Source of the DNA: Nemertoderma westbladi
Lineage: Eukaryota; Animalia; Xenacoelomorpha
Assembly (NCBI GenBank): GCA_032718475.1
Contig: JAUCBJ010005218.1
Span: 1-46,493 of the forward strand
DNA: 46,493 nucleotides
Direction: 5' to 3'
Below the pieces are notes generated by a model that was given only the letters and a program-made list of their open reading frames with translations, had not been told where the DNA came from and did not search any database. Made by a program: the position numbers and the translations under genes. This document shows, piece after piece, positions 10,852-22,234 of the stretch (the first letter of the stretch is position 1; every line of letters starts with the position of its first letter).

Positions 10852-12118
10852 CTAGAAAGGCATTTCCTAAAGGAAATGCAACCACGAAGCTAAGGAAAAT
10901 TAAACAAACGGCCACAATTTGGTTCGTTGCTTAGCCTAGTTTAGTAGCATTTGCCAATAAATAACTTCTATTCCCATGGAAACTAGAGTTCTCTGGAACT
11001 GTTGGTTTTACCTTTGAAAAAAGATTCAGTCCAGATTGTTTTTCAGATAACACATCGAGTTTCAGAAAATATTGTAGTTTATGTCCAAATTACAGATTTT
11101 CTATCAAAATGCATCTGTTTGCAGTGGTTGTCATGGAAACTGAAAAATAGAACAATGTAATTCGGATGCAGAATAAGTCATATAGTGGGGGTAGGTGTTG
11201 GTCCCAAGTCATAATACTATTAAATTGTGCTTCAAATTATCATTTTATTAATTTTAACATCTGTTTACTCTTGTTGCTATGGTAAATGGATTTTCTAATT
11301 AACTTCGAACGGCTTGTATATGGACCTTATAGATGAGTTGCAAAACCCCAAGTTTATATATATTACAGTTTTTCTCCAAATAGAGTTATGATTATAGACT
11401 TGAATGATATATAACTTTAAAAAAACTACGGTTACCATGGTAACTAGATATTTCTGGAATGTTTTGAGTTTCACTAAAAGTTCCAACTAGTGGTCCAGAT
11501 AACACATACCTAGTTTCGTAAAATTTTATCGTGAAGTCTATGTACAAATGAATAATTTTCGTATAAAAACATCTGTTTTCAGCGGTTGTCAAGGTAACTG
11601 CAAAATAGAACAATCAAATTCGGACGCAGAATAAGTTATATAGTGGGGGTAGGGATTGGTCCCAAGTCATCACACCTTAACCTTAGGCTTCAAATTAACA
11701 TTTTAAAAATTTTAACATCTGTTTAGCCCGGTTGCCAAGGTAACTGGATTTTCTATTTAACCTCAATCGGCTCTGCTATGGACCTTATAGTTGTGTTGAG
11801 AAACCCCAAGTTTATATGTATTATAGTTTTCCTACAAATAGAGTTACAAATATTGACTTGAAATACATAGACTTTTTTCTAAGTCCGTTGCCATGGAAAC
11901 CAGATTTTTCCTGAATATGAGACCCATCCCACACGACGCGCCTTGATGAGTAGTATATACATGCAAAATTTCAGGGTACTTTTAAAGGCTAGTTTTTTCC
12001 CCGACCAAAAAAAACCAAATCTGCCCCACACAAGTAAAATAGCCCACTATGAATAGACCATCTCAGCTAAGGAAAATCTTTCTTAGCGAAAGTAGTTGAT
12101 TTTCCTTAGCTTCGTGGA
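10852..12118 (-). mobile_element. Non-autonomous Helitron/Helentron, copy 1 (subtype A)
   Basis: The minus strand begins A|TCCACGAAGCTAAGGAAAAT and ends with an inverted copy of that subterminal sequence, the hairpin GCATTTCC-TTTA-GGAAATGC and CTAG|T. Internal ~153-bp and ~458-bp subrepeats. Confidence 0.88.
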
Positions 12119-12179
12119 TTATCGATTATCGAATGTTCTAGGATGTAAATACTTAGCATTATTTTATAGGAAACTATTA

Positions 12180-13455
12180 CTAGAAAGGCATTTCCTAAAG
12201 GAAATGCAACCACGAAGCTAAGGAAAATTAAACAAAGGGCCATAATTTGGTTTGTTGCTTAGCCTAGTTTAGTAGCATTTGCCAATAAATAACTTATATT
12301 CCCATGGAAACTAGAATTCTCTGGAACTGTTGGTTTTACCTTTGAAAAAAGATTCAGTCCAGATTGTGGTTCAGATAACACATACCGTACCAAGTTTCAG
12401 AAAATATTGTAGTTTATGTCCAAATTACCGATTTTCTATCATAATGCATCTGTTTGCAGTGGTTGTCATGGAAACTGAAAAATAGAACAATGTAACTCGG
12501 ATGCAGAATAAGTCATATAATGGGGGTAGGTCTTGGTCCCAAGTCATAATACTATTAACTTGTGTTTCAAATTATAATTTTAGAAATTTTAACATATATG
12601 TTTAGTCTTGTTGCTATGGTAATTGGATTGTGTAATTAACCTCGAATGGATTGTATATGGACCTTACAGATGACTTGCAAAACCCCAAATTTATATTTAT
12701 TACATTATTTTGCTGCAAATAGAGTATTGAATTTAGACTTGAATGATATCGACTTTAATAAACTCCAGTTACCATGGTAACAAGATATTTATGGAATGTT
12801 TTAGGTTTTACTAAAAGTTTCAACTAGTGGTCCAGATAACACATATCCAATTTCGTAAAATTTTATCGCGAAGTCTATGTCCAAATGAGTTATTTTTGTA
12901 TAAAAACATATGTTTTCAGCGGTTGTCATGGTAACTGCAAAATTAAACAATGAAATTCGGACGCAGAATAAGTCATATAGTGGGGGTAGGGGTTGGTCCC
13001 AAGACATAACACATTAACCTTAGGCTTCAAATTAACATTTTATAAATTTTAACATCTGTTTAGCCCGGTTGCCAAGGTAACTGGAATTTCTATTTAACCT
13101 CAATCGGCTCTGCTATGGACCTTATAGTTGAGTTGAGAAATCCCAAGTTTATATGTATTATAGTTTTCCTACAAATAGAGTTATAAATATTGACTTGAAA
13201 TACATAGACTTTTTTCTAAGTCCGTTGCCATGGAAACCAGATTTTTCCTGAATATGAGACCCATCCCACACGACGCGCCTCGATGAGTAGTACATACATG
13301 CAAAATTTCAGGGTACTTTTAAAGGCTAGTTTTTTCCCCGACCAAAAAAAACCAAATCTGCCTCACACAAGTAAAATAGCCCACTATGAATAGACCATCT
13401 CAGCTAAGGAAAATCTTTCTTAGCGAAAGTAGTTGATTTTCCTTAGCTTCGTGGA
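12180..13455 (-). mobile_element. Non-autonomous Helitron/Helentron, copy 2 (subtype B)
   Basis: Same termini as copy 1, with diagnostic variants (AAAGGGCCATAATTTGGTTTG). Joined head-to-tail to copy 3 with no spacer. Confidence 0.88.
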
Positions 13456-15996
13456 CTAGAAAGGCATTTCCTAAAGGAAATGCAACCACGAAGCTAAGGA
13501 AAATTAAACAAAGGGCCATAATTTGGTTTGTTGCTTAGCCTAGTTTAGTAGCATTTGCCAATAAATAACTTATATTCCCATGCAAACTACTGTAGAATTC
13601 TCTGGAACTGTTGGTTTTACCTTTGAAAAAAGATTCAGTCCAGATTGTGGTTCAGATAACACATACCAAGTTTCAGAAAATATTGTAGTTTATGTCCAAA
13701 TTACCGATTTTCTACTAGAAAGGCATTTCCTAAAGGAAATGCAACCACGAAGCTAAGGAAAATTAAACAAACGGCCACAATTTGGTTCGTTGCTTAGCCT
13801 AGTTTAGTAGCATTTGCCAATAAATAACTTCTATTCCCATGGAAACTAGAGTTCTCTGGAACTGTTGGTTTTACCTTTGAAAAAAGATTCAGTCCAGATT
13901 GTTTTTCAGATAACACATCGAGTTTCAGAAAATATTGTAGTTTATGTCCAAATTACAGATTTTCTATCAAAATGCATCTGTTTGCAGTGGTTGTCATGGA
14001 AACTGAAAAATAGAACAATGTAATTCGGATGCAGAATAAGTCATATAGTGGGGGTAGGTGTTGGTCCCAAGTCATAATACTATTAAATTGTGCTTCAAAT
14101 TATCATTTTATTAATTTTAACATCTGTTTACTCTTGTTGCTATGGTAAATGGATTTTCTAATTAACTTCGAACGGCTTGTATATGGACCTTATAGATGAG
14201 TTGCAAAACCCCAAGTTTATATATATTACAGTTTTTCTCCAAATAGAGTTATGATTATAGACTTGAATGATATATAACTTTAAAAAAACTACAGTTACCA
14301 TGGTAACTAGATATTTCTGGAATGTTTTGAGTTTCACTAAAAGTTCCAACTAGTGGTCCAGATAACACATACCTAGTTTCGTAAAATTTTATCGTGAAGT
14401 CTATGTCCAAATGAATAAGTTTTGAATAAAAACATCTGTTTTCAGCAGTTGTCATGGTAACTGAAAAATAGAACAATGTAATTCGGATGCAGAATAAGTT
14501 ATATAGTGGGGGTAGGGATTGGTCCCAAGTCATCACACCTTAACCTTAGGCTTCAAATTAACATTTTAAAAATTTTAACATCTGTTTAGCCCGGTTGCCA
14601 AGGTAACTGGATTTTCTATTTAACCTCAATCGGCTCTGCTATGGACCTTATAGTTGTGTTGAGAAACCCCAAGTTTATATGTATTATAGTTTTCCTACAA
14701 ATAGTGTTACAAATATTGACTTGAAATACATAGACTTTTTTCTAAGTCCGTTGCCATGGAAACCAGATTTTTCCTGGAGATGAGACCCATCCCACACGAC
14801 GCGCCTTGATGAGTTGTATATACATGCAAAATTTCAGGGTACTTTTAAAGGCTAGTTTTTTCCCCGACCAAAAAACACTAAATCTGCTCCATACAAGTAA
14901 AATAGCCCACTATGAATAGACCATCTCAGCTAAGGAAAATCTTTCTTAGCGAAAGTAGTTGATTTTCCTTAGCTTCGTGGATCATAATGCATCTGTTTGC
15001 AGTGGTTGTCATGGAAACTGAAAAATAGAACAATGTAATTCGGATGCAGAATAAGTCATATAATGGGGGTAGGTCTTGGTCCCAAGTCATAATACTATTA
15101 ACTTGTGTTTCAAATTATCATTTTAGAAATTTTAACATCTGTTTAGTCTTGTTGCTATGGTAATTGGATTGTGTAATTAACCTCGAATGGATTGTATATG
15201 GACCTTACAGATGACTTGCAAAACCCCAAATTTATATTTATTACATTATTTTGCTGCAAATAGAGTATTGAATTTAGACTTGAATGATATCGACTTTAAT
15301 AAACTCCAGTTACCATGGTAACAAGATATTTATGGAATGTTTTAGGTTTTACTAAAAGTTCCAACTAGTGGTCCAGAAAACACATATCCAATTTCGTAAA
15401 ATTTTATCGCGAAGTCTATGTCCAAATGAGTTATTTTTGTATAAAAACATCTGTTTTCAGCGGTTGTCATGGTAACTGCAAAATTAAACAATGAAATTCG
15501 GACGCAGAATAAGTCATATAGTGGGGGTAGGGGTTGGTCCCAAGACATAACACATTAACCTTAGGCTTCAAATTAACATTTTATAAATTTTAACATCTGT
15601 TTAGCCCGGTTGCCAAGGTAACTGGAATTTCTATTTAACCTCAATCGGCTCTGCTATGGACCTTATAGTTGAGTTGAGAAATCCCAAGTTTATATGTATT
15701 ATAGTTTTCCTACAAATAGAGTTATAAATATTGACTTGAAATACATAGACTTTTTTCTAAGTCCGTTGCCATGGAAACCAGATTTTTCCTGAATATGAGA
15801 CCCATCCCACACGACGCGCCTCGATGAGTAGTACATACATGCAAAATTTCAGGGTACTTTTAAAGGCTAGTTTTTTCCCCGACCAAAAAACACTAAATCT
15901 GCCCCATACAAGTAAAATAGCCCACTATGAATAGACCATCTCAGCTAAGGAAAATCTTTCTTAGCGAAAGTAGTTGATTTTCCTTAGCTTCGTGGA
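13456..15996 (-). mobile_element. Non-autonomous Helitron/Helentron, copy 3 (subtype B), split by copy 4
   Basis: Segments 13456-13714 and 14982-15996 rejoin as TTTTCTA|TCATAATG, exactly as in uninterrupted copy 2. Confidence 0.88.
13715..14981 (-). mobile_element. Non-autonomous Helitron/Helentron, copy 4 (subtype A), nested
   Basis: Full-length copy inserted between A and T of copy 3 with no TSD. Confidence 0.9.
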
Positions 15997-16016
15997 TCAA
16001 AAAACGGTTCTTGTAA

Positions 16017-17283
16017 CTAGAAAGGCATTTCCTAAAGGAAATGCAACCACGAAGCTAAGGAAAATTAAACAAACGGCCACAATTTGGTTCGTTGCTTAGC
16101 CTAGTTTAGTAGCATTTGCCAATAAATAACTTCTATTCCCATGGAAACTAGAGTTCTCTGGAACTGTTGGTTTTACCTTTGAAAAAAGATTCAGTCCAGA
16201 TTGTTTTTCAGATAACACATCGAGTTTCAGAAAATATTGTAGTTTATGTCCAAATTACAGATTTTCTATCAAAATGCATCTGTTTGCAGTGGTTGTCATG
16301 GAAACTGAAAAATAGAACAATGTAATTCGGATGCAGAATAAGTCATATAGTGGGGGTAGGTGTTGGTCCCAAGTCATAATACTATTAAATTGTGCTTCAA
16401 ATTATCATTTTATTAATTTTAACATCTGTTTACTCTTGTTGCTATGGTAAATGGATTTTCTAATTAACTTCGAACGGCTTGTATATGGACCTTATAGATG
16501 AGTTGCAAAACCCCAAGTTTATATATATTACAGTTTTTCTCCAAATAGAGTTATGATTATAGACTTGAATGATATATAACTTTAAAAAAACTACAGTTAC
16601 CATGGTAACTAGATATTTCTGGAATGTTTTGAGTTTCACTAAAAGTTCCAACTAGTGGTCCAGATAACACATACCTAGTTTCGTAAAATTTTATCGTGAA
16701 GTCTATGTACAAATGAATAATTTTCGTATAAAAACATCTGTTTTCAGCGGTTGTCAAGGTAACTGCAAAATAGAACAATCAAATTCGGACGCAGAATAAG
16801 TTATATAGTGGGGGTAGGGATTGGTCCCAAGTCATCACACCTTAACCTTAGGCTTCAAATTAACATTTTAAAAATTTTAACATCTGTTTAGCCCGGTTGC
16901 CAAGGTAACTGGATTTTCTATTTAACCTCAATCGGCTCTGCTATGGACCTTATAGTTGTGTTGAGAAACCCCAAGTTTATATGTATTATAGTTTTCCTAC
17001 AAATAGAGTTACAAATATTGACTTGAAATACATAGACTTTTTTCTAAGTCCGTTGCCATGGAAACCAGATTTTTCCTGGAGATGAGACCCATCCCACACG
17101 ACGCGCCTTGATGAGTTGTATATACATGCAAAATTTCAGGGTACTTTTAAAGGCTAGTTTTTTCCCCGACCAAAAAACCCCAAATCTGCCCCACACAAGT
17201 AAAATAGCCCACTATGAATAGACCATCTCAGCTAAGGAAAATCTTTCTTAGCGAAAGTAGTTGATTTTCCTTAGCTTCGTGGA
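16017..17283 (-). mobile_element. Non-autonomous Helitron/Helentron, copy 5 (subtype A)
   Basis: Same termini and near-identity to copy 1. Separated from copy 3 by 20 bp. Confidence 0.88.
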
Positions 17284-17394
17284 AAAAGGTTTTGACGAAA
17301 ACTGTCCCTGCTTTCCGTTTTTGCAAATTTCTGGCACGGCATGATTGCTCCGAGAATGTTTGCCGTGGAGTCTGAATAAGGTAGAAAAAGTAGG

Positions 17395-19455
17395 GATGGG
17401 TGTGTTTGTTAGGTTCGGGCGGTCGGTGCGGGTGAATAGGGTGTGGGGGGGAGGGAGGGTGGGTAGGGGTAGGGGTAGGTGAGTGCGGGTAATTATGTGT
17501 GTAAGGGTAGGGAAGGTTGGGTGCGGTTAAGTAGACGTACTTGCTTAGTTTGGTGTGTGGTTGCGGTTAAGTTGACGTGCTTATGAAGGTGGGTGGGTGG
17601 GTGCGGTTAAGTACGTGTGTGCTTAGGTGGGTGTGGTTAACTAGGTATGCTTAGGTAGGTGTGTGGTTGCGGGTAAGTATACATGCTTAGGTGGGTGGGT
17701 GGGTGCGTGTAAGTAGACGTGCTTAGGTGTGTGGGTGGGAGCGGGTAAGTAGACGTGCTTATGTAGGTGGGTGGGAGCGGGTAAGTAGACGTGCTTATGT
17801 AGGTGGGTGGGTGCGGGTAAGTAGACGTGCTTAGGTGTGTGGGTGGGAGCGGGTAAGTAGACGTGCTTATGTAGGTGGGTGGGTGCGGGTAAGTATACGT
17901 GCTTAGGTAGTTGGGTGGGTGCGGTTAAGTAGACGTGCTTAGGTGTGTGGGTGGGAGTGGGTAAGTAGACGTGCTTAAGTAGTTGGGTGGGTGCGTGTAA
18001 GTAGACGTGCTTCGGTGGGTGGGTGCGGTTAAGTAGACGTGCTTGGGTGGTTGCGGTTAAGTAGACGTGCTTAGGAGGGTGGGTGGGTGGATGCGGTTAA
18101 GTAGGTGTGCTTAGGTGAATGCGGTTAACTAGGTATGCTTAGGTAGGTAGGTGGTTGCGGGTAAGTAAACGTGCTTAGGTGGGTGGGTGGGTGGGTGCGG
18201 GTAAGTAGCCGTGCTTAAGTGTGTGGGTGGGAGCGGGTAAGTAGACGTGCTTACGTGGGTGGGTGCGTTTAAGTAGGCGTGCTTGGGTAGGTTCGGTTAA
18301 GTAGACGTGCTTAGGTGGGTGCGGTTAACTAGGTGTGCTTATGTAGGTGGGTGGGTGCGGGTAATTGTACGTGCTTAGGTGGGTGGGAGGGTGCGGTTAA
18401 AGACGTGCTTAGGTGTGTGGGTGGGTGTGGTTAAGTAGACGTGCTTAGGGTGGGTGGGTGGGTTCGGTTAAGTAGACGTGCTTATGTTGGTGGGTGGGTG
18501 CGAGTAAGTAGACGTGCTGGGGTGTGTGGGTGGGTGTGGTTAAGTAGACGTGCTTAGGTGGGTGCTGTTAATTAGTGTGCTTAGGTAGGTGGGTGGGTGC
18601 GGGTAAGTATACGTGCTTTGGTGGGTGGGTGGGTGGGTGCGGGTACGGGGAAGTAGACGTGCTTAGGTGTCTGGGTGGGTGTGGTTAGGTAGACGTGCTT
18701 AGGTGAGTGGGTGGGTGCGGTTAAGTAGACGTGCTTAGGTTGGTGGGTGGGTGCTGGTAAGTAGACGTGCTTAGGTGGTTGGGTGGGTGCGGTTAAGTAG
18801 ACGTGCTTAGGTTGGTGCGGTTAACTAGGTGTGCTTAGGTAGGTGAGTGGGTGCGGGTAAGTATACGTGCTTTGGGTGGGTGGGTGCGGTTAAGTAGACG
18901 TGTTTATGTCGGTGGGTGGGTGCGGGTAAGTAGATGTGCTTAGGTGTATGGGTGGGTGTGGTTAAGTAGACGTGCTTAGGTGGGTGCGGTTAACTATGTG
19001 TGCTTAGGTAGGTGGGTGGGTGCGGGTAAGTATACGTGCTTAGGTGGGTGGGTGGGTGTTTGCGGTTAAGTAGGTGTGCTTAGGTACGGTGGGTGGGTGC
19101 CGTTAAGTCGATGTGCTTAGGTGGGTGGGTGGGTGCAGGTAAGTAGACGTGCTTAGGTGTGTGGGTGGGTGCGGGTAAGTAGACGTGCTTAGGTTTGTGG
19201 GTGGGTGCGGTTAAGTAGACGCGCTTAATTAGGTGGGTGGGTGTGGGTGAGTAGACGTGCTTAGGTGGGTAGGTGGGTGCGGTTAAGTAGACGTGCTTGG
19301 GTGGGTGCGGTTAAGTAGGTGTGCTTAGGTGGGTGGGTGGGTGCAGTTAAGTCGACGTGTGGGTGGGAGGGTACGTGTAAGTAGCTATGTAGGAATGGGT
19401 ATGTATGGTTAAGTACAGTAGGTGTGTAATGATAGGTGGGTGGGTGGGGGTAAGT
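17395..19455 (+). repeat. G/T-rich minisatellite with constant core and variable (GGGT)n linkers
   Basis: Dozens of units of GCGGKTAAGTAGACGTGCTTA separated by variable GGGT/GTGT runs, about 25-40 bp per unit. Confidence 0.95.
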
Positions 19456-19721
19456 TTAGCAACTAATAAATAGTATTACCACTTCTCAATAAGGTAGACA
19501 GCTGTATGTTTACAGTATAGAACGGCGTAAAGTAGAGGCATCCCATTGGATGCTATTTATAGATCCATACCCCTTTTCTTTCCCCCTCTTCCCCCTTTTC
19601 TTACGCGGTCTTACCCCCAGCACAGAGAAGATCTTCCCCCAGCTCGATACAGAGCTGTTAACTGTTCTGTTAACTATTTTATTATGTTATCGTCAATGTT
19701 CATATTTTAATTGCGTAAATT

Positions 19722-20457
19722 TTAGCTGATTTGACGTCTAATAAAAAATTCCAATTCCAACGTTAGCACTGCTACTTTGAAGTTTATTCGTGACTTAATT
19801 GGCAGCCAATGTACCGGTAGTTCCTTCAACACTGGAGTAATATGTTGTCTTGTTGGTATTTGTTTTACTATTCTTGCTGCGGCATTTTGAATTAGCTGTA
19901 ACTTTCTCAGAATCCTGTTAGGCGATCCCATATAGAGGCTATTACAATAGTCAAGTTTACTCCCTGTCCCTATCAGCTGATCAGTGCTACACTTACTGTA
20001 TTAGTTTCGCTGTATCAACCGCTATCCTTGGTCTAATCCTTTTGAATTCCCTTAAAAACATATAACATGAAGAAACAACTTTATTTACTTGATGTCTACC
20101 AGTTAAGTGAGAATCAAACTCCACACCTAGGTTTCTTTCATAGTACGAATATCAGTGCCAACTTCCAAACTTATCTCACCCACTCTGCCACTTGCTCAAC
20201 TTTATTCTGGATCCTATCAATAGGCCTAGTAGTTTAGTTTTTGAAGCATTTATCTCCATAGTTTATTTTTTTTCATCCAGGTAAATACTTGTGCAAGGCA
20301 GTCCTCTAGTCGAGACATCGGTGAGGTGATGGACCCCCTATTTCTATTGCCTGATAAACTTGAGTATCATCTGAGTACAGGTGGTGCTGCATCCCAACTG
20401 CCCAAAGGAGCTGATCAATGTCGCCAATAATGGTGCCGTGTATAAGATAAACAACAA
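19722..20457 (-). mobile_element. Decayed L2/CR1-group LINE, RT C-terminal part
   Basis: Minus-strand fragments LFILYTAP, HLYSDDTQVY, RNLGVEFDSHL and KLDYCNSLYMG...KLQLIQNAAARIV...HITPVLKEL..HWLPIKSRINFK, with frameshifts. Confidence 0.85.
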
Positions 20458-20699
20458 AAATTACGACATATTTTTATGTACGCTAGTCAGTAGTCTCATG
20501 CTGTCATGCTAGTACAGTCAAGTCCGAAGTCAGACAGTAGTACACCCAGCAGACCACTGGGCCAGTAGAGTATTGTCTGTTTCTACTGTGTGTAGTATAT
20601 TGGTAATGCAGTAATGCTGTAATACAGTAATACACAATACAGTACCGGTACTGCAGTACAGCCAGACAGCAGTTTGATTGATTGATTGATTGTTTTTTA

Positions 20700-20755
20700 G
20701 GGTAAATCTTTTCGACCTACGCGTAGGCCTACGCGTAGGTCGAAAAGATTTACCC
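20700..20755. repeat. 56-bp perfect palindrome flanked by an 8-bp direct repeat
   Basis: GGGTAAATCTTTTCGACCTACGCGTAGG|CCTACGCGTAGGTCGAAAAGATTTACCC, with GTTTTTTA at 20692-20699 and 20756-20763. Confidence 0.9.
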
Positions 20756-22234
20756 GTTTTTTACACATAATTAAACATTTTAAAATTCACAATAATACAT
20801 TTATAAAGATTACTTTACGATATTAGGCCTACAGTACAAGTAATAACACTAGATATTTAGAAGCACCAATACTGATTTATGTAGATAGTCATCTTATAAA
20901 ATGTTTATTTAATTAAATAAAAGGTTCTGGCAGTCTGGTGTAAGGATAGCCTCAGTCATGAGGTATATACCTCGTTTCCATGAGGGTCCTATAATAATTT
21001 TCATACTCTAATATTTAAAGCTAGGTAAAGAGTCACGCAAGGTAAAAAAGTTATGAAAGTTCGTTGATAAAATGTAGTACTCTTAAAAGATTGATAAAAT
21101 TCGTTAAAGGTTTGTTAAAATTTGTGAAGCATAGGATGCTAAAATATACAGTAGGCCTAATAAGTAACATAACTCCTGAACTCCAGAACTCTGTAACTGA
21201 ATAATTAGCCATTAGCAGAATACAGGAATAGGCCTATTAAAAATCGAAACCGGCACCCATTTAAAAAAAACCGGGCCTGTATCGGTTCGGCCAAAACCGG
21301 CTCCTACTGCAGTACTGCTGTACTGGTACCGGTGCACCGGTCGATTCCTAATGGTCAGACCCCCCCCCCCCCCCTCCCCCCCTAACTGCATGACACATGA
21401 CTATGCTCTACTGACAGACTGACACTACCGGTCAGCCGGTACTCACTCATTAATTTTATTACAGCATTATTATCTTATCTATCCAGTGTGAATGACAAAT
21501 GACCAGCAACCACTGAACCAGCAACTCACCCAATGAATAAAACCAGAAAACTGTGTACATCAGTGACAGGGACGAACAATTCGCCAGACACTAGAGTTAA
21601 AGGTGCGGACGTATATATACCGTATTCTAACCAAAACAATAAACGAAAGGGGGTAATTGTCGTAAAACCCGCCTCCCGCCTCGGTCAGTCGGTACGGTAC
21701 AACAAAGGAAAGTCAATGGCACAGGTTACAGTTTCATTTTAGCGTGCAATTAGCTGTTATTTCTTGCCTCGATTTCCCCCTGGCTGCCTGGAGAGGTTTG
21801 AAGAATAATAATGAAAGTAAACCTAAATGCACCTAATAACCTATACTAAAACCTATTAACAATTAACCTAACCTAAACCTATATTTTCAAATTTCAAAAA
21901 ATCTGTTTTTGCCAGCCACACATACTGCATACCGCCATACATGTGATTTTGGGCAAGGGCAGGCCTATATACCGGTAGGCCTATATCATAGGCAGATAGG
22001 TCAGTAGGTGTCTGTCATATATCAGTATATGAATTTATATTCCAACATTATTTATTTGTTACTTTGTGCTAAAAAATGTAATTCTAACTCACAATTCCTG
22101 CCTTCAATAATTGAATTATACCTGCTGACCTGTAGCCAGTCGGAACTGCCTAGTCTGGTGCTTTATTAATTATAAATTAATTTATATATATATATATTAT
22201 ATATATACACTAATTAGGCTAATTATATAATATC

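Noticed and set aside
11295-16778. Repeated 63-93 aa ORFs as a gene family
   Set aside because: They lie in Helitron internal subrepeats, mostly use non-ATG starts and have no recognisable motif.
17395-19455. CRISPR-like repeat/spacer array or telomeric TTAGG tract
   Set aside because: The linkers are low-complexity GGGT runs, not unique spacers. TTAGG occurs only once per unit, not in tandem.
21240-21350. hAT MITE right end (ACCGG repeats ending CGGTCGATTCCTA)
   Set aside because: No matching left TIR or TSD was found in the window.
21815-21885. Telomere-like (AACCT)n remnant upstream of TUBGCP6
   Set aside because: Only a few degenerate units, indistinguishable from low-complexity sequence.
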